Shown here piece after piece: positions 14,109 through 23,998 of a stretch of DNA of 64,000 nt (position 1 is its first letter; each line of letters starts with the position of its first letter). The stretch is from an uncultured delta proteobacterium (GTDB lineage: Bacteria > Desulfobacterota > Binatia > UBA9968). The position numbers were made by a program, and so were the translations under genes. A model generated the notes under the pieces. The model was given only the letters and a program-made list of their open reading frames with translations. It was not told the origin of the DNA and ran no database searches. The stretch lies in assembly GCA_963728565.1 (NCBI GenBank), contig CAVSLC010000005.1, positions 1 through 64,000 of the forward strand. Reading direction: 5' to 3'.

Positions 14109-15152
14109 ATGAGAGTCTTACTTCTATTCTTTGCCGCGCTCGTTTGGCTACCCTCGGTTTCGGCCCAGACGGTAAAGCCCATGTCAATTGCCGAACTCGC
14201 CGCTTACAACAAGCCCGACCGTGAACAGGTACTTCTCGACGGAGCGAAAAAAGAGGGCCGGATGATGTGGTACACGTCACTTACCGGCGGACCCAATCAG
14301 GAAGTGCCGAAGGCTTTCGAAGCGAAGTATCCTGGAATCAAAGTGGACGTTTATCGCGGCGACAGCGATGCGATCATTCAGAGAGTGCTGCAAGAGGCGC
14401 AGGCAAAACGTTATCTCGTCGATACCATCGAAACCACATTTCCTATTTTGAAAGTCATGCAGGAGTACAAGCTGCTCACGCCGTACTTCTCACAGCATCT
14501 GGGCTCATACCCGGACGAAGTCAAAGAAAAGGCTGACAAAGGGTTGGTTTATTGGGCGACCGACCGCGAATCCTATATCGGACTTGCCTATAACACCAAT
14601 GTTGTTTCGGAAAAGGCGGCCCCGAAGAACTTTAACGATTTGCTCAACCCCGAGCTGAAAGGCAAAATCGGCTTTGCCACCTCTGATACAGGGAACCGGG
14701 TGATCGGCGCGATGCTGGCGACCAAAGGCCCGGAGTTCCTTTCTAAGCTCAAGAGCCAAGATGTTATTCTTCACGGGGTCTCCGGCCGGGCGATCGCTGA
14801 TATGGTTGTCTCCGGCGAGCTCGGATTGTCTCCAACGGTATTTCTCAGCCATTCGCGCACCTCGATATCGAAGGGCGCGCCGATCAAGTGGGTGGCGATG
14901 GATCTTGTCCCGACCAATGCCGGCGGAGTGGCCGTGCCTGTCCACGCGCCGCACCCCTATAGCGCGCTCTTGTTCGCCGATTACCTGTTAAGTCCCGAAG
15001 GGCAAAAAATCCTGGGGAAATTCGGTCTCGACAGCGCAGTCAACAAACCGCCGTTCAAGCGCTACTATGCCGAAGCCGGTATGACCGTGGAGCAGTACGA
15101 GAAAGAAAATGCAAAATGGGAAAAGCTGTTGCGCGACATCGGCAGAAAATAG
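14109..15152 (+). CDS. ABC transporter extracellular solute-binding protein (Fe3+/thiamine-like family)
   Basis: Signal peptide; AKKEG..WYTS, AYNT, APHPYSALLF.DYLLS.EGQ. Confidence 0.85.
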   Translation: MRVLLLFFAALVWLPSVSAQTVKPMSIAELAAYNKPDREQVLLDGAKKEGRMMWYTSLTGGPNQEVPKAFEAKYPGIKVDVYRGDSDAIIQRVLQEAQAKRYLVDTIETTFPILKVMQEYKLLTPYFSQHLGSYPDEVKEKADKGLVYWATDRESYIGLAYNTNVVSEKAAPKNFNDLLNPELKGKIGFATSDTGNRVIGAMLATKGPEFLSKLKSQDVILHGVSGRAIADMVVSGELGLSPTVFLSHSRTSISKGAPIKWVAMDLVPTNAGGVAVPVHAPHPYSALLFADYLLSPEGQKILGKFGLDSAVNKPPFKRYYAEAGMTVEQYEKENAKWEKLLRDIGRK

Positions 15153-15197
15153 CAGCTATATTGCTAAGTGGTTGGAGAATATCCGAAAGAAACGCTT

Positions 15198-15276
15198 TCA
15201 CCACGAAGCACACGAAGGCCACGAAGGATTAAATGACATTGTTTTCCGACTTCGTGCTCTTCGTGACCTTCGTGGT
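15198..15276. repeat. Empty (non-coding) copy of the CACGAAG 9-bp-period inverted-arm element
   Basis: TCACCACGAAGCACACGAAGGCCACGAAG (15198-15226), 23-bp spacer, CTTCGTGCTCTTCGTGACCTTCGTGGT (15250-15276). Confidence 0.85.
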
Positions 15277-15323
15277 CTCATGACCGATTAATTTCGCGCT
15301 TCGAATTTCGAGATTAGATTCTT

Positions 15324-16034
15324 ATGGTTCAGCCGCGCAATGCCTCCACGGTCGTTCTCCTCAGGCCCGGCGAGAACGGCGATTTTGAAATACTCTTAAC
15401 CCGCCGTCCGTCGCAGATGCGATTTCTCGGCGGCTATTATGTCTTTCCCGGCGGCGCCGTTCATCGAGACGATTATTCTTCCAAAGTACTAGAAAGATGT
15501 CGCGGGCTGTCGGCCAACGATGCCCGAAGGATTCTCGGTACTGATGACAATACCAACCAGGCGCTGGGTCATTGGGTCGCGGTTGTCCGAGAGCTCTTCG
15601 AAGAGGTCGGGGTGCTTCTTTGTCTGACGCAATCCGGGAATGACCTCGACTTGCGCGATTCAGGAGCCAAAGCTCGAATCGAGCGCAAGCGACAAGCGAT
15701 CGTGAAAAACGAGTTGGATTTCGGCACGTTCCTGGAGTCGGAGAATCTAATTTGCGATCTCTCTCGGGCGGTTTATTTCGATCATTGGGTGACTCCGGAG
15801 ATCTATTCGATGCGCTTCGATACCCGCTTCTACATCGCCAAGCTGCCGTCGTATCAGGTCCCACTAACCGCTTCGGAAGAAGTCATCGACAGTTTGTGGC
15901 TTTCGCCACAACATGCCTTGTCGCGAATCAATCGGCATGATTTCCCACTTCTGCCGCCGACCACAACTGTGCTAGCCGAGCTTGGGCGAATCGGCAGCTG
16001 GCGAGGGTTACAGGACCGTTTTCACTTGATTTGA
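15324..16034 (+). CDS. NUDIX hydrolase (NUDT19-like)
   Basis: VFPGG..VRELFEEVG Nudix box; HWVTP..RFDTRFY. Confidence 0.85.
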   Translation: MVQPRNASTVVLLRPGENGDFEILLTRRPSQMRFLGGYYVFPGGAVHRDDYSSKVLERCRGLSANDARRILGTDDNTNQALGHWVAVVRELFEEVGVLLCLTQSGNDLDLRDSGAKARIERKRQAIVKNELDFGTFLESENLICDLSRAVYFDHWVTPEIYSMRFDTRFYIAKLPSYQVPLTASEEVIDSLWLSPQHALSRINRHDFPLLPPTTTVLAELGRIGSWRGLQDRFHLI

Positions 16035-16148
16035 CGCAGATCATGCTCTGTCTGAATCACCTGCGTTCGGTCGCTTTCATGTTGAAAAGGGCCGTCATTT
16101 ATATATAGTGAAGGCATTGCTAACGAAGTCTAAAAAGGAGGAATCATC

Positions 16149-16631
16149 ATGATCGAGGTCGGTAAACAAGCTCCTGATTTCGAACTGGCGAGTCACTTGG
16201 GTGGAACCAAGTTTACGCTGGGCCAGTTCAAGGGGCAGAAAAATGTCATGTTGGTGTTCTATCCGCTGGATTGGACCCCGACTTGAACCAAGGAAATACC
16301 GGGCTTGGAAGCTCTTAAAGAAGAGTTCAAAGCCTGTGACACCCAAGTTATGGGTGTGAGCGTTGACAGCAGATTCTCCCACGACAATTGGGCAAAATCG
16401 TGCGGCGGTGTGTCGTTCCCACTGCTACAGGACTTTCACCCCAAAGGCGAGATGGCGAAAAAGTACGGCGTTTTTCTTGAGGACAAGGGAATCACGGACC
16501 GCGCCACCGTAATCATCGACAAGCAAGGCGTAGTTCGCTACGCAAAATCCGTCACTCCTGCCGGTGAAAGAAACCCGAAGGAGCTTTTGGCGGAAGCACA
16601 AAAAGTTAATAGCGAAAGCTCCAAGCATTAA
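16149..16631 (+). CDS. Selenocysteine-containing peroxiredoxin (AhpC/TSA, AhpE-like), 160 aa with Sec at codon 46
   Basis: AAGGAGG RBS, ATG 16149, MIEVGKQAPDFEL..FYPLDWTPT-TGA(16284-16286)-TKEIPGLE continues in frame into ORF 16305-16631 (GVSVDS, FPLLQDF, RATVIIDKQG). Confidence 0.88.
16301..16314 (+). promoter_or_regulatory. Putative bacterial SECIS apical hairpin
   Basis: GGGCT-TGGA-AGCTC; loop starts 19 nt after the UGA and has G at loop position 2. Confidence 0.55.
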
Positions 16632-16638
16632 TCAAGAT

Positions 16639-16878
16639 ATGCAGTTGGAACTCTATTTCTACAATGAGTGCGGCTTTTCCCAGAGCGTGCTGAATTGCAT
16701 GACCAACTTGGGCTGCGAAGATAAGATCATCAAGAAAAATATTCGGGAGAATCCCGAATATGAGAAGGAGTTGATTGCGCTCTGTGGCGCAAAAACGGTT
16801 CCCGTTCTCGTGATCGACGGTAAGCCGCTGCGCGGTTCCGAGGAAATCAGCCAGTATCTTGTAGGAAAATTTCTCTAA
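16639..16878 (+). CDS. Glutaredoxin-like protein (CGFS motif)
   Basis: MQLELYFYNECGFS..KTVPVLVIDG, 79 aa, 7 nt after the Prx stop. Confidence 0.85.
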   Translation: MQLELYFYNECGFSQSVLNCMTNLGCEDKIIKKNIRENPEYEKELIALCGAKTVPVLVIDGKPLRGSEEISQYLVGKFL

Positions 16879-16904
16879 GCAAAGAAAGCGTAAGTAGGGA
16901 AACC

Positions 16905-16938
16905 AAAGGGGAGCGGAAAAAATTCCGCTCCCTTTTTT
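16905..16938. terminator. Intrinsic terminator, likely bidirectional
   Basis: GGGAGCGGAA-AAAA-TTCCGCTCCC-TTTTTT between convergent genes. Confidence 0.85.
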
Positions 16939-17005
16939 GTTCGGTCAAACCTGAGCATCTTCAGGTCCAAGATCCGCAATCTGAGATTCTTTGCGGATCC
17001 GATGA

Positions 17006-17803
17006 TCACTCCCACCTCTTCATCTTGGTGAAATCGTAATTCACCGACGAATCGCTCTCGAAGCGCCACAGCGCCCGCTCTTTGCTGAGCTTTCCATCAA
17101 AGGCGGCGTCCAGGAAGCTAGTGATCTGCTTCCAGGCGGCTTGCGCCGGTTCCGGACGAAAACGGCCGGGCATGGTATCGTTGAGAAAGCCATGCGGCGC
17201 ATCGGGATAGACCCGAACGTCAAAACTTTTCTTCGCCCCGGCTAATACCTCGATCATTCGAATGATGTTATTTAACGGAATCAGATTGTCGAGTTCGCCG
17301 AAGACTCCTACCATCGGACACTTCATCTGCTCGATTAGCTTGTCGATCGGTTCGGGGCGGCGTGGATCGGATTTCCAATCGGCATCGTAAACAGCGCCGT
17401 AAAGCACTGCGGCGGCGCAGATGTAGTCGCGCTTGGCCCCCATGAGAATCGGCTGCCGGCCGGTCTGGCACACGCCGGAGATCGCGATTCGAGTCGTGTC
17501 GGCCTCAGGCACTGTACGTAAATAGGCGACCACGGCATCGATGTCTCCCAGCACCTGTTCGTCGTCCAGGTCACATCGATCGTTACCCGCTGCCAAGGCG
17601 GCGCGATCGCCGGTAAAGCGAGAGAAAAGATCCGGTGCGATCGTCACATATCCGGCCTCGACGAATTTCTCTGCCAGATCCGTTGTGTGTTGCACGATGC
17701 CGTAGCGCTCGTGCAGGTGAATGACCGCCGGGCGTTTGCCGGCGCCGGCCGGCTTACCAAGAAAGCCGTCCATTCGATTATCGATTTTAACGCGTGTAAG
17801 CAT
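17006..17803 (-). CDS. Dienelactone hydrolase family protein
   Basis: HERYG, APDLF, GVCQTG nucleophile elbow, FGELD, APHGF. Confidence 0.88.
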   Translation of the reverse strand: MLTRVKIDNRMDGFLGKPAGAGKRPAVIHLHERYGIVQHTTDLAEKFVEAGYVTIAPDLFSRFTGDRAALAAGNDRCDLDDEQVLGDIDAVVAYLRTVPEADTTRIAISGVCQTGRQPILMGAKRDYICAAAVLYGAVYDADWKSDPRRPEPIDKLIEQMKCPMVGVFGELDNLIPLNNIIRMIEVLAGAKKSFDVRVYPDAPHGFLNDTMPGRFRPEPAQAAWKQITSFLDAAFDGKLSKERALWRFESDSSVNYDFTKMKRWE

Positions 17804-17907
17804 GGATTTTCTCTCCTAATATGGTGAGGCGCTAAGATGCCGCCGCAGACATTTGTGATCTTTCTAAACGGGCCAGAGTCAAAGCTCGTCAGACTTGCGC
17901 AGAATGC

Positions 17908-18945
17908 TCATTCCGCCAAGATCTTCTTCACTCGCGTGATCGTGTCCGGCGACTGATTGACCGCTTTCTTAGCCATTGCTTCCAGATCTTCGCCACTAAT
18001 GTATTCCACATCCCACTCGCGTTTTTTTGCGTCGGCGAGAAAATCCGGGTCGGCGATCATTTTAGCGTAGCCATCGCGAAGTGTTTTGAGTCTTTCCGCC
18101 GGCATATTCGGCGGCGCCATCAGCGGTCGGCCGATGGCGCCGGGTGAGAGCAGCACCGACGCAAAACGTTTCAGCTCATCGGGAGTTTTGTGTTTGTCCA
18201 TCAGCTCATAGATCGTCGGTGTATCTGGAAACAGAGGATCGCGTTTTTGACCGCCTTGCACCAGCGCACGAACAAATCCTTTCTTCAGCCACGAGCGACC
18301 GGGATCGCGCAGGAACGCCTCCTTGGTGATCGCGTAGCAGTGAACCTCGCCGCGTTCGATGGCCACTTCAACATCCCGGTTCCCCGGATAGCCCAATACG
18401 ATTTGGATGTTCGCGCCCAGCGACTCATCGATGAACTTCGGAAAATAGTGGCCGGTGGCGCCTGTGCCCGTGGTGCCGCAGCGCGGCGGCTGCGATGCTT
18501 TCTGAATATCCTCAATGCTTCGATACGGCGTATCAGCGCGCATTGTCAGTACTTCGAAGTTGCGCACCGGCGAACCTATCCAACCAAATCTACCCCAATC
18601 GAATTGCACTTCCTTGCGTCCCATCAGCTGATCGAAGTAGAGCCCGGTGGAAACCATCCCCAGAGTCAAGCCGTCCGGCTTGGCAATGTTATAAAGCTGG
18701 TTAGCCGCGATCATCGAGCCACCGCCGGGCACGTTTTGAACGATCACGTCGGGATTGCCGGGAATGTATTTGCCCATGTACTGGGTGAACAACCGGGCCC
18801 ATAAATCGACGATACCACCGGCGGTAAAGCCAACGATAATCTTGATCTGCTTGCCTTTGAAGAACGGGTCGGATTGGGCATGGGCGTTGCTCGACAGTAC
18901 GGTAAGTAAGAGTAAACTATTCAAGAGTGTGCGAAATATTTTCAT
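17908..18945 (-). CDS. Tripartite tricarboxylate transporter substrate-binding protein (Bug/TctC)
   Basis: IIVGFTAGG..D..AR, VQNVPGGGS, AKPDGLT, AIERGEV. Confidence 0.88.
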   Translation of the reverse strand: MKIFRTLLNSLLLLTVLSSNAHAQSDPFFKGKQIKIIVGFTAGGIVDLWARLFTQYMGKYIPGNPDVIVQNVPGGGSMIAANQLYNIAKPDGLTLGMVSTGLYFDQLMGRKEVQFDWGRFGWIGSPVRNFEVLTMRADTPYRSIEDIQKASQPPRCGTTGTGATGHYFPKFIDESLGANIQIVLGYPGNRDVEVAIERGEVHCYAITKEAFLRDPGRSWLKKGFVRALVQGGQKRDPLFPDTPTIYELMDKHKTPDELKRFASVLLSPGAIGRPLMAPPNMPAERLKTLRDGYAKMIADPDFLADAKKREWDVEYISGEDLEAMAKKAVNQSPDTITRVKKILAE

Positions 18946-19129
18946 GTATCTTCCCTCGGGGCAGCGAATCGCTAACATAGCGCGGTGCTGGCTCAGTCCA
19001 TAATAGTGAATGCCTTTTCACGGTTGCGACAAATGGCGGTGATCACGCCCGCTACTCCCAAATAGTGAGCTTGTAGCAGTGACCGCGCAAGCGAAACAAT
19101 ATTATCGTTTCGGAAACGTGGCTGCGAAC

Positions 19130-20782
19130 TCATTGTTCATCGGTTACGCTCCGACTCATTAAAGCGCCGCGAACAATATCGATGACAGCAGCGGAATTCT
19201 CCGGCTCCGTGTCGGAACGCCAGCCGACGTGCTGGTCCGGGCGCACGAGCACCAGGTCGGACTGATAGAGCTCGCGAAGCTCCGGCTCGGAGCGTCGCAA
19301 GACGGTAAGCGGCACTCCACGCTTGCAGGCGGCACGCTCGAGACTGGAGCAGTCTGTCTGGCGCGATCCGAGCCTCAGAAGCGTGAAGCCCTGGCCAAAG
19401 TGGTCGAACAATGCCGTGCCATCGGCTAGCCAGGTATGAGGGGCGCGGTGGCCCGGCTGAGCTGTTGGGATGTAGCGCGAGGTCTCGTACGGCGTCGGTG
19501 GCGTGCCGTCCGGCAAAATAACCGGGGATGTCGAGTAGCGATAGCCGAGGCTTACGCCCAAACTCTGGAAGTTCTTAGGCTTGGTCAGCTGAATCCGCTC
19601 CGCTAAGGTTCGGCGTAGAATGGGACCATCGATCGGGTCCTCGAGGCCCGGTGTAAGGAGTTCGTTGTCCTCTGCGTTCCGGATCGACTCCTCTAGAGCT
19701 CGGACGTGGAATTGACGTCGCTCGATTTCGTACGTGTCCAGCAAATCCTCGCCACCCCAGCCTTGGAGGACGGCTGCCAACTTCCAGCCGAAGTTGACGG
19801 CATCGCCCACGCCACCGTTCATGCCGTAGCCGCCGCTCGGCGACTGCAGGTGGGCAGCATCGCCCAACAGGAAAACACCACCCTGTCGATAGCGCTCAGC
19901 CAGAGCGTTGTGGACAGTCCATGGAGCGACGTGCTGTATCTCGAAAGGGATTGGCCGGCCAACGATGTTGCGGATGACCTCAGCTGGATCGAGGCTATCA
20001 GGGTCGACGCCCATCAAGTCGAAGAACCATACGTCCGGCGGGTGCAGCGGACCGACCACGGCGAGGTGCGGCAAGTCGTCATTCAAGACATTGTAATGGA
20101 AGGCCTTTTCAAAGGTCAGTGTAGACCACAACGTGGGCGCGCGGAAAACGCCTCCAAGCGCTTGTTTGAGACCCGGCCAATGATCCATGCGGATGCCCAA
20201 CTGCTTGCGGACCGTGCTCCGGCCGCCGTCGCAGCCGGCCACGTATCGCGCGCTGATTTCCTGGCGCGCTCCGCTGTCCACGTGCACGATCTCCGCCCGG
20301 ATCTCACCGGGCCTCTGTTCCAAAAGCTCCAGCTTCCAGCCCAACCGAAGAATGACCGATGGCATGTGCCGTACTTCCTCACGCAGGACGGGTTCCAGGA
20401 ACGACTGCGGGATGCGCAATGTTCGTTCGGGACTGAAGCGGTTGCCGCTATCGGCGGGGGTGGCGTTGTGCAACGCCGTGATCAGCTGGCCGGTTAGCCG
20501 GGTGACGTACAAGATGGTCGAGGGAAAGTCCGCGCCGAGAGGCGCCGCCGCGCGCAATTTGTCGGGAATGCCTCGGCCCCAGCGACGAAACAGCTCCAGC
20601 GTCCGCTGGTGCACCGTCTTGGCTTTGGGATTGCCGTCAAGGTTCTCATTAGGCTCGACTAGCAGACAGCGGATGCCGCGCCAGCCGAGCTCCAGCGCGA
20701 GGGTCAATCCAACTGGTCCGCCGCCGACTATAAGGACCGGTATTGTGGCGTGAGTATCAGGCGACATTTCAGTTCTGGTCAT
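19130..20782 (-). CDS. FAD-dependent monooxygenase (PheA/TfdB-like aromatic hydroxylase)
   Basis: GGGPVG, GCDGGRS, LGDAAH..PSGGYGMN, PGHRAPH, LVRPDQHV. Confidence 0.9.
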   Translation of the reverse strand: MTRTEMSPDTHATIPVLIVGGGPVGLTLALELGWRGIRCLLVEPNENLDGNPKAKTVHQRTLELFRRWGRGIPDKLRAAAPLGADFPSTILYVTRLTGQLITALHNATPADSGNRFSPERTLRIPQSFLEPVLREEVRHMPSVILRLGWKLELLEQRPGEIRAEIVHVDSGARQEISARYVAGCDGGRSTVRKQLGIRMDHWPGLKQALGGVFRAPTLWSTLTFEKAFHYNVLNDDLPHLAVVGPLHPPDVWFFDLMGVDPDSLDPAEVIRNIVGRPIPFEIQHVAPWTVHNALAERYRQGGVFLLGDAAHLQSPSGGYGMNGGVGDAVNFGWKLAAVLQGWGGEDLLDTYEIERRQFHVRALEESIRNAEDNELLTPGLEDPIDGPILRRTLAERIQLTKPKNFQSLGVSLGYRYSTSPVILPDGTPPTPYETSRYIPTAQPGHRAPHTWLADGTALFDHFGQGFTLLRLGSRQTDCSSLERAACKRGVPLTVLRRSEPELRELYQSDLVLVRPDQHVGWRSDTEPENSAAVIDIVRGALMSRSVTDEQ

Positions 20783-20842
20783 CCCGCCGCTTGGAGCACG
20801 AGACTTTCCGTTCGAGGAATTTTCATTTCGCGCCGAACCGTA

Positions 20843-21619
20843 TTACTTCTCCGGTTCGTATTGCAGATTGTCTCGGATCAAGTTGGAGATGCCGCGGGCG
20901 ATCGGCCGGCGGATTTCTTCGCCTACATGGGCGAGCCCGCCCAAGGCGCGGCCTAGGATGGCGAAGCTCTTGGACATTTGCCAATGCAAGCCCATGTCCA
21001 TCGAGATTGCCGCGATGGCGCCAGTGACGTTTACCGGCAGATGTCTGCCCACCCGTTGGTCCGCGACTTTGCCGATCTTTCGCAGCAGCTCGCAATAGCG
21101 GCCGTAGACTTTTGTTTCCTGGGCAACTTGAAATAGTTTCTCGGCGCGCGGATCACCGCCGGTGTGAATGCCATGACCGATGCCGGGCACAACCTGTTTA
21201 TTGGCGAGCCGCTTCTCCACGGCTGCTTGAGCGATGGCGTCGAGATCGGCTTCTTTCGAGTCCGGCGGCAATGCATCATGAAGCATTTTGGCGCAGTGTT
21301 CCGAAGAGCCTAGATGAACGCTGCCGGCGCCAAGAATGGCCGCCGCGACCGCTCCTTGAATCGCTTCAGGGGCGGAGTGAAACGTCATGCGCGCCGCCGC
21401 CGCGCCGGTGGTCATGCCGTGATCGACCAGCACGATCAGCATGGTATCGATCATGCGGCCCTCTTCCGCTGTCGGCATGCGGCCGACGATCATTAAATAA
21501 ACCATTTGCGCGAAAGAGATTTTGCCGAGCAGTTGTTCATTCAAATCGTAGCCGCGCACGAAAATTTTATCGAGCTCGGCTTTGCCCATCGATGAAACCA
21601 ATTTTTCTGTTTCAGCCAT
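20843..21619 (-). CDS. Citryl-CoA lyase / citrate synthase-like protein
   Basis: VRGYDL, LVDHG, GSVHLG, PGIGH..DPRA, LPVNVTG. Confidence 0.85.
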   Translation of the reverse strand: MAETEKLVSSMGKAELDKIFVRGYDLNEQLLGKISFAQMVYLMIVGRMPTAEEGRMIDTMLIVLVDHGMTTGAAAARMTFHSAPEAIQGAVAAAILGAGSVHLGSSEHCAKMLHDALPPDSKEADLDAIAQAAVEKRLANKQVVPGIGHGIHTGGDPRAEKLFQVAQETKVYGRYCELLRKIGKVADQRVGRHLPVNVTGAIAAISMDMGLHWQMSKSFAILGRALGGLAHVGEEIRRPIARGISNLIRDNLQYEPEK

Positions 21620-21710
21620 TAGTCCTCCAATCCTCTTGTTGAATCGAACCTGCTCAGAATACCCGGATCAAGTAAGCGGATCGATAGAGACAAACATTTA
21701 ACAGGTCGCT

Positions 21711-22811
21711 CTAATCCAGTCGCAACAGCCGGGCGGCGTTCTCACCCATGATCCTTCTCTTGGCGTCGGCAGCGATATCTGCGCGATCGATGACTGCCTG
21801 CGGCGAACCGGACAGCTTGGCATCCCAATGCGGATAATCGGATGCGAATAGAACCCGCTCTGCGCCAATGGATTCGATGACTTCGCCCAAACGGGTTTCG
21901 TCGGGCTCGCACGAGGTGAAGCACTGGCGGCGGAAATAGTCGCTCGGTTTCATTTTCAGCCATGGCACTTGAAACGAAAGAATCTCGTAATGCTCATCCA
22001 TGCGCCACAGCCAGTAGGGCAGCCAGCCGGCGCCGGCTTCGAGAAAGACGACCTGCAGCTTGGGATGGCGTTCTAAAGTTCCCTTGCAGATCAAACCCAA
22101 GCTGGCAAGCATCTGCTCGAACGGATGGGAAATCGTATGCGTGAAAAACCACTCTCCGGCGAAGCGGTCGACACCGGCTGTCGGAAGATAAGCGCCGGAG
22201 CCCTCGTGCACCATCAATGGCACACCCAGCTCTTGCAGCGTTTCGTAAAGCGGGTCGTAGTAGGGATCATCGAGGGTGCGGCCTTTAACCGGATTGGGCC
22301 GCACGAAAATCGCCTTGAAATCGAGTTCGTTAACCGCGCGCCGGGTTTCGGCAACCGCGGCGCTGACGTCCTGCACGGGAATCGCGCCGACGGCCATCAG
22401 CCGCCCGCGATCCGCGCCGCAATAATCGTAGAGCCAGTTGTTGTAGGCGCGACACAATGCCGCCGCATAACTTTCCTCTTCCACCGAGCTCAGGTACAAG
22501 CCGGCCGATGGAAACAACAGCCCCCGTTCGATGCCGTCGCGATCCATATCTTTGAGCCTGGCGCGCGGATCGGTTGCCAGATCGCGATGTTCATTGACCG
22601 GGCTGCCGTCGTGTTTTAGACGAAAGGGTGTTTCGTCGGGCTTGCGATGGTGGCGCTTGCCTTCGAGAACAAACAGCAGCTGCCCGTTGGCGACCCTCTC
22701 GATCTTTGGCGCGCGGCCGCGAAACGGCTGCTCGAGATAACGTTCCCACAAATCATCGGCCTCTCGAACATGCCCGTCGATATCGATGACACGCAGGGGT
22801 TGCTCTGACAT
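21711..22811 (-). CDS. Amidohydrolase family 2 protein
   Basis: IDIDGHV, RAYNNW, MVHEG, FLEAGAGW, FASDYPHWD. Confidence 0.9.
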   Translation of the reverse strand: MSEQPLRVIDIDGHVREADDLWERYLEQPFRGRAPKIERVANGQLLFVLEGKRHHRKPDETPFRLKHDGSPVNEHRDLATDPRARLKDMDRDGIERGLLFPSAGLYLSSVEEESYAAALCRAYNNWLYDYCGADRGRLMAVGAIPVQDVSAAVAETRRAVNELDFKAIFVRPNPVKGRTLDDPYYDPLYETLQELGVPLMVHEGSGAYLPTAGVDRFAGEWFFTHTISHPFEQMLASLGLICKGTLERHPKLQVVFLEAGAGWLPYWLWRMDEHYEILSFQVPWLKMKPSDYFRRQCFTSCEPDETRLGEVIESIGAERVLFASDYPHWDAKLSGSPQAVIDRADIAADAKRRIMGENAARLLRLD

Positions 22812-22813
22812 AC

Positions 22814-23764
22814 TTATCTCCGTTCGCGCAGAACCTCTTCGACGATCGTGGAATCCACCACCCGATCCAACGGCATGTCAGGTTTTCCTTGCTGGTCGAG
22901 AACGGTTTTAATCGCTTCCGCCAAGGGTTTGGCGTCCTCGACGATGAGCCGCGAGTAGATGGCATGGGATTCGGCCGCGACATCTTCTTCCAGATCAAAG
23001 TATTTCTGAAGAAATGGGACGATTTCGGCTTTTTGCGTTTTGATCCAGCGCAGAGTATCGAGTTGCGCGCGCACCATTTTCTTCACCTGCTCGCGTTCCT
23101 GCTGGATCTTGCGTGTCGATGTGCCTATGCCCACGGTCGCCATGTCGATGACATCGGCGGCGCTTCCCAGGAGATTGTAGCCTTGCCGCTTGGCGACGAC
23201 GAAGAAGGGCAATGACAGCGGAGTCGCGTCTATCCTGCCGGTCGCGAGCGCGGGAAAACGGGTATCCGATCCGCCCATGTTGACGAAACTGACATCGCGC
23301 AGGTCGAGCCCGCCGCGGCGCACTAGAAGACGCGCGACGAAATCATCGGCGGCGCCGATGGTGACGGCGATGGTTTTGCCTTTCATCTCGACGATGGATT
23401 TGATGCTCGACCGCGCAACCAGCGTGTGAAACGAGGTCCTGAGCGACAGACTGACGATCTTTACCGGGGCGCCCGACATGCTGCCGCGGGAAATCGAACT
23501 GGCACCGAAGGCATAATCGATTTCGCCGGCCTGGATTGCGCCGATGGTAAGCGGCGGGCGCATGGCGATGATTTCTGCTTCAATTCCATGTTTGCGATAA
23601 AAGCCGCGTTCGCGCGCCGCCCACACATCCAAAAATCCCAGCGATTTCGACGATACCGCGATGCGAACTTTTTCGAGGCTTTTCTCGGCGCACCAGGCGG
23701 GAACGACAACGGCAATGACCAGAATCAAACTTGCCGAAGTCAGTGCGGCCGATGTTCGTTTCAT
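22814..23764 (-). CDS. ABC substrate-binding protein (NMT1/THI5/SsuA-like)
   Basis: Signal peptide; GFYRKHGIEAE, AIQAGEID, MKGKTIAV, LATGRIDA. Confidence 0.85.
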   Translation of the reverse strand: MKRTSAALTSASLILVIAVVVPAWCAEKSLEKVRIAVSSKSLGFLDVWAARERGFYRKHGIEAEIIAMRPPLTIGAIQAGEIDYAFGASSISRGSMSGAPVKIVSLSLRTSFHTLVARSSIKSIVEMKGKTIAVTIGAADDFVARLLVRRGGLDLRDVSFVNMGGSDTRFPALATGRIDATPLSLPFFVVAKRQGYNLLGSAADVIDMATVGIGTSTRKIQQEREQVKKMVRAQLDTLRWIKTQKAEIVPFLQKYFDLEEDVAAESHAIYSRLIVEDAKPLAEAIKTVLDQQGKPDMPLDRVVDSTIVEEVLRERR

Positions 23765-23852
23765 GCTTTCACCCGGATCAGAGTAGCGCGCATGGTTCGC
23801 TGCATACTACAGGAAGTAATGACGGTCAATCGAGGGTGACGCGCAATCAAAA

Positions 23853-23881
23853 GTTCAACGGTTCAATGTTCAATCGTTCAA
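23853..23881. repeat. GTTCAA short tandem repeat arm
   Basis: GTTCAA at 23853, 23861, 23868, 23876. Confidence 0.6.
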
Positions 23882-23998
23882 CGTAAGAGAAGGGGAAGCT
23901 TACCGCAGGGTTAAACGCAAAGAACTGTTGCAAGCCCCGAGTGGTTCAAGATAGATTCGTGGCGCAGACGAACTTCACGCTCGTCGCATTTTGGATCC

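Noticed and set aside
11298-15276. CACGAAG repeats as a CRISPR array
   Set aside because: Units are 7 bp with 2-bp spacers and inverted arms; no 25-40-bp repeat/spacer pattern and no cas genes.
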